DNA of 64,000 nucleotides from Camelus ferus (Eukaryota). Location of the stretch: assembly GCF_009834535.1 (NCBI RefSeq), contig NC_045697.1, forward strand, positions 33,048,001-33,112,000. The letters run 5' to 3'. Made by a program: the position numbers and the translations under genes. Under the pieces are notes generated by a model, which was given only the letters and a program-made list of their open reading frames with translations, was not told the DNA's origin and did no database searches. Positions 38,852 through 50,975 of the stretch are shown here, piece after piece (within the stretch, counting starts at the first letter, position 1; each line of letters begins with the position of its first letter).

Positions 38852-39859
38852 GTAATCTGTGTTATATTTGATTGTTTATCAGGAGTAATTTTTCAGAACA
38901 CTTGTAGTACTTGTTTAAAATGTTTCAGCTGAAATTAAGTCCACATTGTAAATAACAAGTAAGGAGATAACAAAGATTATGTTCTGACAGGATAATGTAG
39001 GGTTTCTGTGCTTTAAACAGAGATGAGTAGGTTGCTTTTTGGGTCTAATCATCTCTTATGAGAAGAAAATTTGTTCTTGTGTTGGAATATGAACAATCAC
39101 ATTGTCATCAGAGTAGTTCTGTGTAATTGAAAGAGAAGTGTCTGTACAGCTAGAGGTACCTATCTTTAATTTCAGGTATGTGAACTTGGAGAACGTATTT
39201 AATAGACTGGACCTCAGTTTTTCCATCTGTTAGTTAGAGCTCTTTACTTTGAAGAATATGTTATTAATATATGACACATTTAAAGTTCCAGACACATGAC
39301 AGGTGCTCAAGAAACAATAAATCCCCCTTCATCTTCTTCAGTTATTTATAAAAGTAGCACTGGGCCTGAAGGAAGAACCATAATTTTTTTTCAAAGTACT
39401 GTATTTTAGTGGCAGAGAAGGGAAAAGTAGGAGGGTGAGGCAGAAGATAACCTCTTTCCTGATTTTCTGGCATTTTTTTCCTTCACTGTTTCCTCAAATG
39501 AAATAATACATTTTCATAACACAGGGTGTTTGGAAAGACCCAGGTATTAATCCTAGCTGATATATTCTGTGCTCATGGATTCACCTGTGGAATACTATCT
39601 GGCAGTTCCAACTAGGATGAAATCACAGGTTATTAGAACAATCCAGAAATTCATAGTCTTTGCAGTGAAAATCATGCATAAACATTAATTATCTTTGCCT
39701 ATCCTTTTATAATTTAACTCATTTTCAGGACTCTCTACCAAAGAGAAACTCTTAAATTTATTTTCTTAAATGAAAAAAAATGTGAGATAACACTGATCAG
39801 AAATTAACTTCAATGCTAAAATCGTGATTACATACTCAAACAATAAAGGGACATATCTG

Positions 39860-39932
39860 TATGAAAACTAAAAAAAAGACACATTTTAAGAAAATGTAAC
39901 TCTTTATTTCATAACAAGTTACTGCATTTATT
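39860..39932 (-). terminator. Probable distal polyadenylation region: two AATAAA hexamers and a downstream GU/U-rich element
   Basis: Plus-strand tttatt at 39927-39932 and 39903-39908; the minus strand then reads ...ttcttaaaatgtgtcttttttttagttttc. Confidence 0.65.
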
Positions 39933-40729
39933 TTGCACTTAGAATCATTAATGTACAGAAGACTGATAAATTAAAATACCTTTGCCACACTCACAAAATA
40001 CTCCCCGAAATGGTGAGGCAGAAGCAAATGACAGAAGCCATTACAATCACAAGCCATAAGACTTTACTATATGAAGTGACTACATACACTTAATGGACAC
40101 AAATAACTTATTACAGTGGTTTATCAAGATCCAAACAACTTCCATTTAGGTCAACCATATCTTAAAAGTCCTTTGTTTAGCCCTTTTTGGCTTAACTGAA
40201 TCACAGTTATCACAGACTCAACCATTCAGAGGCTCAAAGATTCCAAGTACATTTCACTGTCCAATAATAAAATTAGTCTGTTCTGAGACACATATTTCAG
40301 AAATTGTTTGAGAATCAGACATCAACTTCCTGGATTTGTCTGGTCACATAGCAGCCTAATTCTATTCACAGTTCTCCCCCTTTTCTCTCTTTGTTCAAAT
40401 ACATTTTTTTTCTTAGTTTGAAAGAAAAAAGAAAATTATTTGAAGAGAAAGCCCTTTTAGTGGGGAACAGATTTTTACAAAAATAATAACAATCTGGACA
40501 GACCTGCCTTATGGTTCTGCTTCAGGAGATTACTCTTTTTCGTCATCCCTAATGTGGGAAACACATAGATCAGTAGGAAAAATAAAATCTGGTTAAAATG
40601 TTAAAAGTAACAGCAAACAAGACTATAATATATTCAGAATTTCCTTGTGGTGTTATAGTGTCTATTTACACACAAATACCTACTATTCAATACAGGACCC
40701 CTTCTCTTGTCACACACAGCACATTACTC

Positions 40730-41350
40730 AGCTTCATGCTGCCACTTTTCCTTTCTAGTTCAGGATCTGTCTTCCCCCTTCTCCACTGAACTTCAATCAC
40801 CAGAATCCTGACCTTCATTCTCTCTCACCTCCTGTACTATGGTAGCTTCCTAACTGGCTTATCTTACTCTAACATAAAACACCAATAAGGTGAAACGTCT
40901 GCTGTTTTAATGATGGTTCATCTTTACTCAGGTACCTTAGTGAACTCTTCACAAGTCTGTATCACCCAGCCTCCTGAAGTTCCTATTCTTGCCTCTCTGC
41001 CATAGGGTTCGACAAGTCTTTCTAGCCTCATCTTTGCTTGTCTTTAGATGAATCTTAACCTTCAATTAAAATGGAACTTTTATTTGTGCTCATGCTGCTT
41101 TATTCAAGCTGTTTACTTAACTGGAAAATGTAGTCTCTGTTAATCTCACCTATTGACATACTGAATTCTCAAGCTCCCATCTCTAAACACACATTCTCCA
41201 AGAAGCTTTCCCAGGGTTATCCTCCCTCCCTTAAATTGTATCACTAATCTTCTGATTACATTATACTCTCCTGGAGAGTTCATTTTTATATTCCCGATTG
41301 TATCTAAATCAGTTCTTTATACATAGAAAGTGCTGCATAAATATTTGGAT
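40730..41350 (+). mobile_element. L2 LINE fragment inside the inferred 3' UTR (antisense to GABRG1)
   Basis: cattctctctcacctcctgtactatggtagcttcctaactgg...ttctccaagaagctttccc...acatagaaagtgctgcataaatatttg. Confidence 0.6.
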
Positions 41351-43237
41351 TAGGTTATGTCATTTCCAAAATGCAAGCACAATGACCTTACATTTACTAG
41401 AGCAATGTGGTTAACAGTGTCTGGAAACTCCATTTGGAATGTTTTGATAGAGACTTGGTGATGGTTTCTGTGACTTTGCAGTGGCCTGTCAAGGACTTCC
41501 TAGCAGTAAAAAAACAATGATGACCAAGAGAAACGTAATACCAAGTATGCCTGGACTTCATTTGGTGTGACACCGAGGAGTTAAATACATTTGGTAATAT
41601 AAAGAAAAATAGCTTGGTCGGAAATTATTTTCAAAATATTTGTGGTGAGACAAATTCTTAATCATTAAATATCTATGTCTGAACTTCAGTGCTAAGACCG
41701 AAATAATTGTGAATTTTGTATCTTGCGACAGGAAATTGTGCAGCAATGAGAATAGGCATGCATATAAAACTCTGATAATTTTACACATGTGCTTATTCAC
41801 TTATTATGTGTTTATTCAATTATTGGTTATTAGTTTAAATTTTACTCAAATCATCCTATCTGAATCTCCTGAATAATCAAAGTACTAGATTACATTTCTT
41901 CACAACTTGACTTGAAATATAATTTCACATCTTACAATCACAGGTCCTTGATGTGAGAGTACCATCAACCATTCTTGTTGATACTGAATCATTGGCAAGA
42001 ATGCAGCCCTCATTTTGGGTCTTCTTCTTCTTATGCTGAAATATGGTATATTTTGTGATTAAATACTGATATCAGAATATGAGACACGCCAATGGGGAGG
42101 CTCCTGGGGATTGTCTATATATTTATCCACATTGATTGTACTTTAACCTTCAGCTAATCAGTTTTGAAAACTCTTTAATGAAAACTTTATCTTTAAAATA
42201 TAATGCATCCAATGAATTGCCTAATTTCTCCTTACACTAACACTTTTATATTTAGTTAGATTTACTCTTGAAATTTGCCCTATTCTTACCGAATTCTCAG
42301 TTAACCTAAGTTCTTTTATTTATTTTTTTCTCAGAAACTACTCGACATTTTAGGAATTGATTTCAACTGAGTCTATCTATGCAATTCAAGAATAGATAAA
42401 ATATTATCATGCAATTGTAAATCCAAGACAGTACAATCATGCCAGTCACAACTTCCCTTCTCCATACTTCTAGAACCTGATCGCATATTTAGAGGATGAC
42501 TGTATGTGAATTAGCACTTTTACAAATTGTTCTACTCCGATTATCCTTCCCTTCATCCATATCCACTCTTATTGGTCTATATTTGCGTTCAAAGCATTTA
42601 AAGCTGCCAGGAAACACAAGTGCCCATGATCCAATAAAATTAAGGTACAATGCATCTAGAGAAAGAGGATTTAAAAAAAAATATTTCTCAGGATTAAAAA
42701 ACTAATACTTGCAAAAAGAGAGAAACAGAGATTAGACTGCATTCCCCTTGAAAGTAAGCCCTTCTTGATTTCTTGTAAAAATAATCTAACTATATTTTCA
42801 CTTTTACAATCTCATTTTTAGAAATAATAAGATTTGTACACTTCCCTTTTTGATCTGCATATTCAAATAGGACTGCTCAGAACACCACTGGCTTTGAAAA
42901 CAAAGCACTTGTTTTAATGGTATATACAATGGTTGTATAGAGAAAAGCATCTGTCATACTTTTATCAATTTTATTTCCACTTATAAATACTGTCAACATT
43001 TAAAGCCCAGTTAATGGAACACTAGTGAGACAATCAAAGCTATTTATATTAAGCATTTTTAAGTATTTTTAAATATGGTCATGCTTAGATAGACTTGAAA
43101 GAATCCCAGAATTAAAATTGCCCCCATGATAATGAGCAGGCTATAGATTAGAGCATGTAAATAGCCATGATATTTTAGTGAAATGATTTATTCTTCACTG
43201 GTACTTCATTTACCATTTACCTTTAGATTGATGTTTA

Positions 43238-43342
43238 TTTTTAACATTTTTTTATTGAGTTATAGTCATTTTACAACGTTGTGTCAAATTCCAGTGTAGA
43301 GCACAATTTTTCAGTTATACATGAACATACATATATTCATTG
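43238..43342 (-). mobile_element. Young, severely 5'-truncated L1 3'-end fragment with TSD
   Basis: T-rich tail, then tttattgagttatagtcattttacaacgttgtgtcaaattccagtgtagagcac...; perfect 13-bp TSD agattgatgttta at 43225-43237 and 43343-43355. Confidence 0.85.
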
Positions 43343-45258
43343 AGATTGATGTTTACTTTAAGAATATCCATCAATACTCAGTGTTATAGAAATGAATGCA
43401 TGAGCAATTTGTAAGTGAATATATACATGGCCAAAGTTTAATTTGGCTCTCCATTCAAAAAAAGCAGTGTCGGTGGATATTTGGGCATTATCATTTATCA
43501 TGCTTACTTTTTTTCTGAGGTTTTTAGCAAAGTGAAAAAATTCAGATGCAGGTGGTGGACAGACAGTAAAATGTATTTAGATTTAAAAGAACATTATGTA
43601 TTCTAAAAATGTAAGTATAACCATGCCAGAGCCTAGTCAGGTATTCACTGACCACGTGGGGAAGTGTACTAAAAACGAGTGACAGGTGCACAGGTGATAG
43701 CTTCCTCCACATGCCATGAGCTAGGCCTTGATCATAAAACGCTTCATCCTGATAGTTGCTCTTGGCAAATGGAAATAATTTCTAAAGGCTATCTCCAAGA
43801 TCATTCTGGTAACTTTTCAGATAATTAGGTGATGGTGACTGACTAGAGAGTTCTTACCAATAGTTGATAAGCCAAACTAGTTACAGGAATAGAATAATTA
43901 AAGCCTAAGTTTAACTTTCCTGACAACAAAACAGACATTTGGGAAACATTAACCAATAGGCTTTAAATGGCAGTAGGACTAAGAATCGAGAGCTCTCTCA
44001 CACGTGGGTTTGTTCGAGGTGCCTCCAGCAGAACTCCACCTTTAACATGATTTTTGTGCCTGCTCCCATTTTCTAAAGAAGAGACGATCGTAATGACCAT
44101 GATTTTTGGGCCTGCTCTTATTTTCTAGAGAAGAGAATATCATTACAATTTATGAAAAAGTAGCAACACTGAACAGGTCCAAATTTAGGAGCTAGGAAAG
44201 GTGATGTACAACACAGGTCTAAAACTGTGTTCCAGAACATTTCTGGTCTCAAAAAATGTTACTAGTATGCATGTAAGACCATATCCTCAACATGAATTTC
44301 AACTCAGTTTGCTAGATACAAATTCTTTAGCCACAATGAGTAAATACAAACTCTGTTCCTCAATGTTTTTTTGTCAATTTAAGGAATGTAACACTTTTGT
44401 AGAGGATTTAAAAAAACAATTATTTCTGCATTTACTTTCAGTGTTGGTAGATCTAAACATTTCAGTTTTCATCTCTTCATTCTTCATAAATACTATGAGG
44501 CAGAGAATAAAATGGTTAAATGTTAACATCCTTTCTTATTTTTTTATCTTGTATTTAAAATAAACGAGTTTGATGATCTCCATTCAAGTTTGAGAATCAC
44601 CAAATCTGTAACTGGAGTTCTATTTAATATTTTATCAGAAAATGAACTGGATTAAAGATGAGGTAAAAACTGACCTTTTCTTCTTTAATTAATAAACAAT
44701 TTAGAAATAAATTAATTTCTTCTTGGGAGTAAGACATCTTAGAAATCAATAAAAGGAAATTGTGGCTTTATATTTTCAACTAGCTCTATTCCAAACAGAG
44801 CATACGAATAAAAAGGGAAAAAAAATCAAATTAGCAATATTTTCTAGGCAAAAAATTATTACATAAATATTACACATTAGAGTAGGCTACCATTACAAAT
44901 GAAAGATTATATTTAAATAATAAAATATGTATTAAAATTAATTCATCTTTGAAATATGAATCACAGAACTTATAAATTCAAAACCCTAATATATGCAAAA
45001 ATAAAGAAAATTAAAGTACAAATATATAATACTATTTTAATATACTAGATTTTCCAACTAATCCATCTTACATAAATTTAAGTAAATTAATCTGAAAGCT
45101 GTTACTTTATTTACCTATGAAAGCCTTACAATAGTTAAAATAACTTCATATTTTAACCACTGGTTTCTCTGCATTTTGAATTTAAATTTCATGTTATTGA
45201 AGGCCAGCAGAGTACATGGCTTTAGTCAGACTTATGATTGTTGCCTAGTGAGTAGAAT

Positions 45259-45528
45259 TTATAAGTAAAGATAGCCAACCCAGTAAACCAGATTAAACAG
45301 GGCAAAAGCCGTTGGGAAAAATATTCGAGAATAGGAATCAATTTTGGCAATGCGAATGTGTATCCTTCCTTCCCTCCATGAGCCTGTTCTGCAGTCTTCA
45401 AAGCAACAGAAGAAACTGGCACAATCTTTGCCCTCCAGACACTGATACCCATAATCATCCTCCCCTTGGGGCAGAGCAATGCTATTCATTGGAATCAGAG
45501 TAGATCCAGGATGGAGTCCAGATGACAT
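45259..45528 (-). CDS. GABRG1: GABRG1 terminal coding exon (exon 9 equivalent, 270 bp coding including TAA), intracellular loop and TM4
   Basis: ctcag|ATG TCA...: [89 protein letters not shown]. The Cys-rich loop and WVGYLYL C-terminus are characteristic of gamma-1. Confidence 0.98.
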   Translation of the reverse strand: MSSGLHPGSTLIPMNSIALPQGEDDYGYQCLEGKDCASFFCCFEDCRTGSWREGRIHIRIAKIDSYSRIFFPTAFALFNLVYWVGYLYL

Positions 45529-46454
45529 CTGAGTAAAACAATGAATGAGTTTTGAGGAAAAAACAAACCCAGCATTAAAAAAGATCAACTTGTCCCCTCA
45601 AGGCAAACTCTAAAAGACTGATAAGAAATAAAAATAATCTTATTTTCTCCAAACAAATATTCAAAACAAATATTCAAACAAATATTCAGTCCTAACATGG
45701 TTTTAAACCATGATTTACTTTGTATCACATAACATTATTTTACATTACAAAGATTTTGCAGGAAAAAAACACTCAGAAAGGAAACATATTTTATACATTT
45801 AGAAAGTTGATCTATTAAAATATAGTTAACCATGAATCCTATTTTAAAATGAGAATAAACTATATATTTCTATGATATTTTACAGTATAACATTTACAGT
45901 GTTCTAAATATCTGTTGGTTTGCTATAGTTACATTCTGCACTTTATTTTAGTAATAGCAAGGATAAATAGTAAAGATGATATTTTGATAAAGCTGAACAC
46001 TTTGAGAAGCTGTGTATGAATCAAAATGATATGAGGTTTGCAGTTGTGGATAAGGGCAAGGCCATGTATTTGGGAGAAAGAATGTGCAGGAGTTAAAAAC
46101 TCAAGTTTGGGAACAACTGGTGTTCACAATTCTGCTCATTCTACCAATGTAGTTGTCTTCATAGCTGAAATGATTTTAGCACCGAATTTTTGTGATGGTT
46201 GTGATGAGTAAGTTTCATAACATGTAAAATGATCAGTGCTATGTCTTGCCCAGTAATAATAGCTGTTGTTACTATCAGGATTATTTGGGACTCATGTCAA
46301 ATTAAGTTTTTATGGTACTAGGTTTTAAGTAAAACTTTAATAAGAAGAATAATTTTTTTTAAATATAAAAATTGAAGCATGGCGAGGATATTGTGGAATA
46401 TTAAAGCCATCATTTTGGAGTCTGGATATGGTGGACTATTAAAGCCATCACTTA

Positions 46455-46625
46455 GGCTGTAATTCCAGCTCTGCCCAGTAGAGTCCTGCAACTTTGAACA
46501 GGGAGTCACTGCTCTTTTGCTGTACCAGATACACAGATCTGTTTGATGATTAAATGAGATGATATACATAAAGCACCAAGCAAAATATTTGAAACATAGC
46601 ACATATTTAGCTGCCAATAAATAAC
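46455..46625 (+). mobile_element. MIR SINE (last intron)
   Basis: aattccagctctgcc...tgatgattaaatgagatgatatacataaagcaccaagca...caataaataacatttattgttg. Confidence 0.65.
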
Positions 46626-49219
46626 ATTTATTGTTGTTGTAATTGCCGCTGCTACTATTGATTCCTGAAGAGGATATATCAAAATTGGCTATAAAATATG
46701 TGCTAAAGCAAACAATAATAACAACAACAGAAACTTGGACCTTATGAAAATGTTACTGGAAAGAAATACATTAATGAACACATGAATAAAATGGCAAGTA
46801 AAATATGAATGAAGATTGCCATTTTAGTAACTCTTCATCTCTTAGAACTTCCAGATATTTCAGGGGTTACTTTAAGATGTGAATCTCACAATCTATAAAT
46901 AAGTCAGTGGTTTTATGATCTAAACACTGAATACAATGCTGAAATTAAATAGTTTTAACCTGACCTTAAATTTCTAATGAAAATGTTTATGAAATTTTTT
47001 TATGTTAAATTTTGAAATAAATACATCTCAAAGCCATGAAAATTAAACATTGTATGAGAAAGATTTAGGAAGTTAAACACACAAAAATTAGAATTTCTCA
47101 AAATTTGGACCTATATTTAAACCCATTTTATTTGTAAGAAATACAAAATCTAAACCACTAAATATTAAACCTTAAGTAGATAGAAAAAGAAGCAAAAAAA
47201 TCACAGTGATATTTTAAAAAGATAAATGCATCACACAAGTTGTAATATCCATATTAGAAACAAAATGTGCAGCCTGAAGATAAGAAGCAATGCCTTAAAC
47301 ACAAATAAATTCATGACTCCCCTTGCCTGGATGCAGCATTAAAAAAAAAAAACAGGCAGTATATTATTAAATGTTAATAACATCTTTTGAGGTTGATACT
47401 TGGGGATACTTGACTAGACTCCTAAATTTTAGTGGAGCACTAAAATTATGTACAGAAATGAGACAAATTGGTATTCATTTTCTTGTCACTATGTTTATAG
47501 CCTATGTTTCAATGTTAATCAGAGTGAAAGTGGTTAAAATACCAGTTTGTTAGTTGGTAATTTCAAGATGATAAGGCATAAAATCCATTCCATATATCAC
47601 TCAGAACTGCCTTATATAAGTGGAAAGATGGTGTATTTGATGGAAGAGAGCAATTGTGCATAAGAGAGGTAACTAAAGATTAAAGTGCACAAAAATGGAA
47701 AAAACCTGCAAGTGGACATTTAAAAAATGGACTAATCTCTGGTGCTTAAAATCGTGGAGAGTGTCCTTTAGATTGATACTTTTCTAGTTTCCTGCTGCCT
47801 CCCCCAAAACACCACAAATTCATAAATTCAAAGAACCCACGCTTCATTGAATGATGAATATGACTAGAAATCAATTTTACGTGCTGAGAAAAATAGCCAA
47901 AAAGCTGACACATTACCAGTAAAATAGTTTTGATACATAGATTTGTGACCTGGAAACCACTGACAAATTGATTGGAAGACTGTACACATTACAAACCTCA
48001 CTTTTCTGAAGTACAACTATATAACCCACCTTATAATTTCTCAGATAAAGATCCTGCTGCCCCCAAAATAGCAAACATTGTATAAATAAAGTAAATCTGT
48101 TTAAATGATAAAAAAGAAACAGCACAATGGAATAGAATTTTCTTTTACTTCAAATGATGTAGTTCTGAGAATAGTTCTGAGAATATGCCATTTTTTTTTT
48201 TGTTATTTCAAAAAGTCACTAAGAATATAGCTGAACTTAACATTTTGAGACATCAATCCCATTTCCACTATTAAAGATATGTATGTGTCTGGTTATAGCT
48301 TAAATATTCTACTACTTATAGATTAATCATATAGTTAAGCACATAAAATATATTCTAAATGCCAAGACATACTAATATCAAATAAATAGTAAATAAAACA
48401 TTTATGTACAAAGTATATTTATGTATGCATTTATAGAATACTGTAATTACTATTTAGATTATATACTGATGCCATTAATAATATATTAAGTATTAGCAAT
48501 ATGATTAGCAAACATTAGGCCATGTTATTGATACTATGAAATACTAACATTATTATTTTAAATTTATAATTTAAAACGTTGCACATGAGAATGCCACAGT
48601 AAGCATAGATGTTCTCCACTTCACTTTCACAAAATCCTAGTCAAGTATCAGTCAGGATTTCAAAAATTACAAAATCCACATCAGTGTTAAAAACAGACAT
48701 GAGGTGGATTTGGGTGATGCTGAGTTCTCAGTTTTTGTATTTCAGAAATTAGAAGTTAATGGAAATAGTTATCAGAGGAAAGTAAAAAAAAAAAAAAGTA
48801 AAAGAAAAAGAAAAGAAAAAAGAAGGAAAGAAAAGAAATACAACTAATTCTGAGGGTTGGGACCAAAGTTGTGGAGCAGAGAATTTTATTCTTCACTTGT
48901 ACATTTATATATTGTGTAATTTAATTTGTTTCAACAATGCACAAGTAACTTTCTTGATGTATTTCACATTTCACCAATATCAAATAATCCTTCCTGGGAG
49001 CTTTGCCAAATACCATTACAGGAAAGAAAGTTTATAATTTGTGAAATTTTGTATTGATGCAGCTTTTCATTATTTTTGTGCTCTGAAAGGTAGAAGAATG
49101 TTTATTCATATACATATGCACTGACTGAAAATAAGATCTTTCCTTTGTGGAGAAAGGGCTATGGGTTGGGGATTGTGGGCAAAAACAAAAAACAAACAAA
49201 AACAATAACAAAAAACCTT

Positions 49220-49950
49220 CTATACATTATCTCCATTCTGATACCTTAGTTCTACTCTCAGTAATATATTGCTTCTTGAGCTACTGCAATAGTCTTTAAG
49301 TTTATCTCACTGATTATTTTGCCATTCAGGTATGTACTCTATACTACCAATAATTGTCTTTCACCAACAGATACAAATATGCCATCTTGCTTAAAAACAT
49401 GCATGACTTATCAGTGCTGATAGGGCCAAATCTAAATTTCTTGACATGACTCAGGAGACTCTCCATATCTTGGCCATAAACCACTTTTCTACCCTCAACC
49501 TGGATTATTTTCTTTCCTAATATTTCTATTTGCTTAACCAGCACTATCCAATAGAAGTTTCTGCAATGATAGAAATATTCTGTATCAGCATTGCCCACTA
49601 GTTACAGGTAGCACTTGAAATGTGACTAATGCTACTAAAGTACTGAATTCTAAATTTTGGTTTATTTTAATTAATTTAAATCAGCCTAGCCATGTGGCTA
49701 GTGGCTAGCTGTTGTATTAGACCAGCAGCTTGTGAAAAATACCAATCTACTTTTTATTCTCATACGTGAAGTCGCCTCGACTTGGCTCACCTGGTTTCTT
49801 CTGTCTTACTCTTTCTAATCTGTTCTCCTGAAAACTGCAACTTATTCTCCAAAGAACTAGTGCAACATTGTCACACTTTCTCTGTAATTTTCTCTATCAC
49901 ATTACTTTTGGAAGAATTAGTTTACATACATTTTGAATATGTTATTTACA
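49220..49950 (+). mobile_element. L2 fragment (last intron), interrupted by MER3
   Basis: ttgagctactgcaatagtc...tgcttaaaaacatgcatgactt...ccaaatctaaatttcttgacatgactcaggagactctccatatcttggcc. Confidence 0.6.
49539..49729 (+). mobile_element. MER3-like hAT-Charlie MITE
   Basis: cagcactatccaatagaagtttctgcaatgatagaaatattctgtatc...gcacttgaaatgtgactaatg...ttaattaatttaaat...catgtggctagtggcta...tattagaccagcag. Confidence 0.85.
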
Positions 49951-50789
49951 CTTGAAATGGAAGAAGGCTACCTGCTCCACAGTGGCTTATGTTGACAGAG
50001 CCTCTTCTCAACGTGATGTGCTTGCTAATAAGTCAGTGTATCGCAGGCCATGTTACATGATGTCTCCAAATTTCCTCAGTGCAAGGGATAGGCCACTTAG
50101 GTCAGCCTTTGTGGTACCTGTCTCTCATTCCATAAGAACGTCTTTTAAAATATCTTTAACTTATATCATAGAAAATATTCTGTGACTGAAGAAGTATTTG
50201 AAACCAGTTACCTAATTGCTAATATCCTTATAGTGTCTTTGTTTACTTTTGATTTTTATATTGAACTGTTATTTGTCTTATACTTTATTATCTTATGTTT
50301 ACATTTCTAACGTGTTTTTCTACAACTAGATTTAAAGATCCCTGAATGCAGAGAACACATTCTGTAGTTACTCTCTTCAAAGTGTCTTATCCAAGGTTAG
50401 TGAAATAAACTTCTGTTACTTAATATTCTAACCAATTGAGAGATCACAAATAAGCAAATTCTATCCTCAAATGGGTATATCAGGTCCCTCATATAGATAT
50501 AACATGGTTTTCTGAGATTTCTCATCTATGGGCTGAATATTTGAGTTTCAACGTGAAATACTCTTTTTAGTCGGCTGGTTTCCTGCTACTGCTTTTCTGT
50601 GATCTTTACCTGTTTTATAAAGGATCTTGATTCTATACTTCAACATAGTTAACTTACTAGATTTTCTTGAAAATAAGTTATTGACACAAAAACATCTGAA
50701 TCAGATTCTCAGTGAGTAGAAATAAAAACAAAACAAAATGTTTTGGATGGTAATATGGGCCAAGTCAAAATGTTACTGACATTCACAAT

Positions 50790-50975
50790 AATAAAAATAA
50801 AGAAGAAAGAAAGAAATACGGACATAAGAGAAGAAGGGCAGAAGGAAGAAAGGAAGAATGAAAGGAAGGAGGAAGGAGGGAAGGGGGAAGAAGGAAAGTA
50901 GGAGGGAAGGGAAGGGGAGAAAAAAGGAGAGTGAGAGGGAGAAAGAGCAAGAAAGGGAAAGAGAGAGGAAAGGCC
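50790..50975. repeat. GA-rich purine low-complexity tract
   Basis: gaaggaagaaaggaagaatgaaaggaaggaggaaggagggaagggggaagaagg... Confidence 0.9.

Larger units (their letters stand above)
39885..45258 (-). other. GABRG1: Probable long (~5.4 kb) 3' UTR of GABRG1
   Basis: Follows the TAA stop and is AU-rich. The distal end is inferred from tandem AATAAA plus a GU/U-rich downstream tract, and from recall that mammalian GABRG1 mRNAs have a roughly 5 kb 3' UTR. The cleavage site is approximate. Confidence 0.65.

Noticed and set aside
1..39800. Many 60-136 aa ORFs in the downstream region
   Set aside because: None resembles a protein I recognise apart from the Tigger remnant; most overlap repeats or low-complexity DNA, many start at non-ATG codons, and I found no consistent exon chain.
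45529..45588. N-terminal extension of the ORF-track entry 45259..45588
   Set aside because: Intronic: it contains the polypyrimidine tract and the CAG acceptor; the exon starts at 45528.
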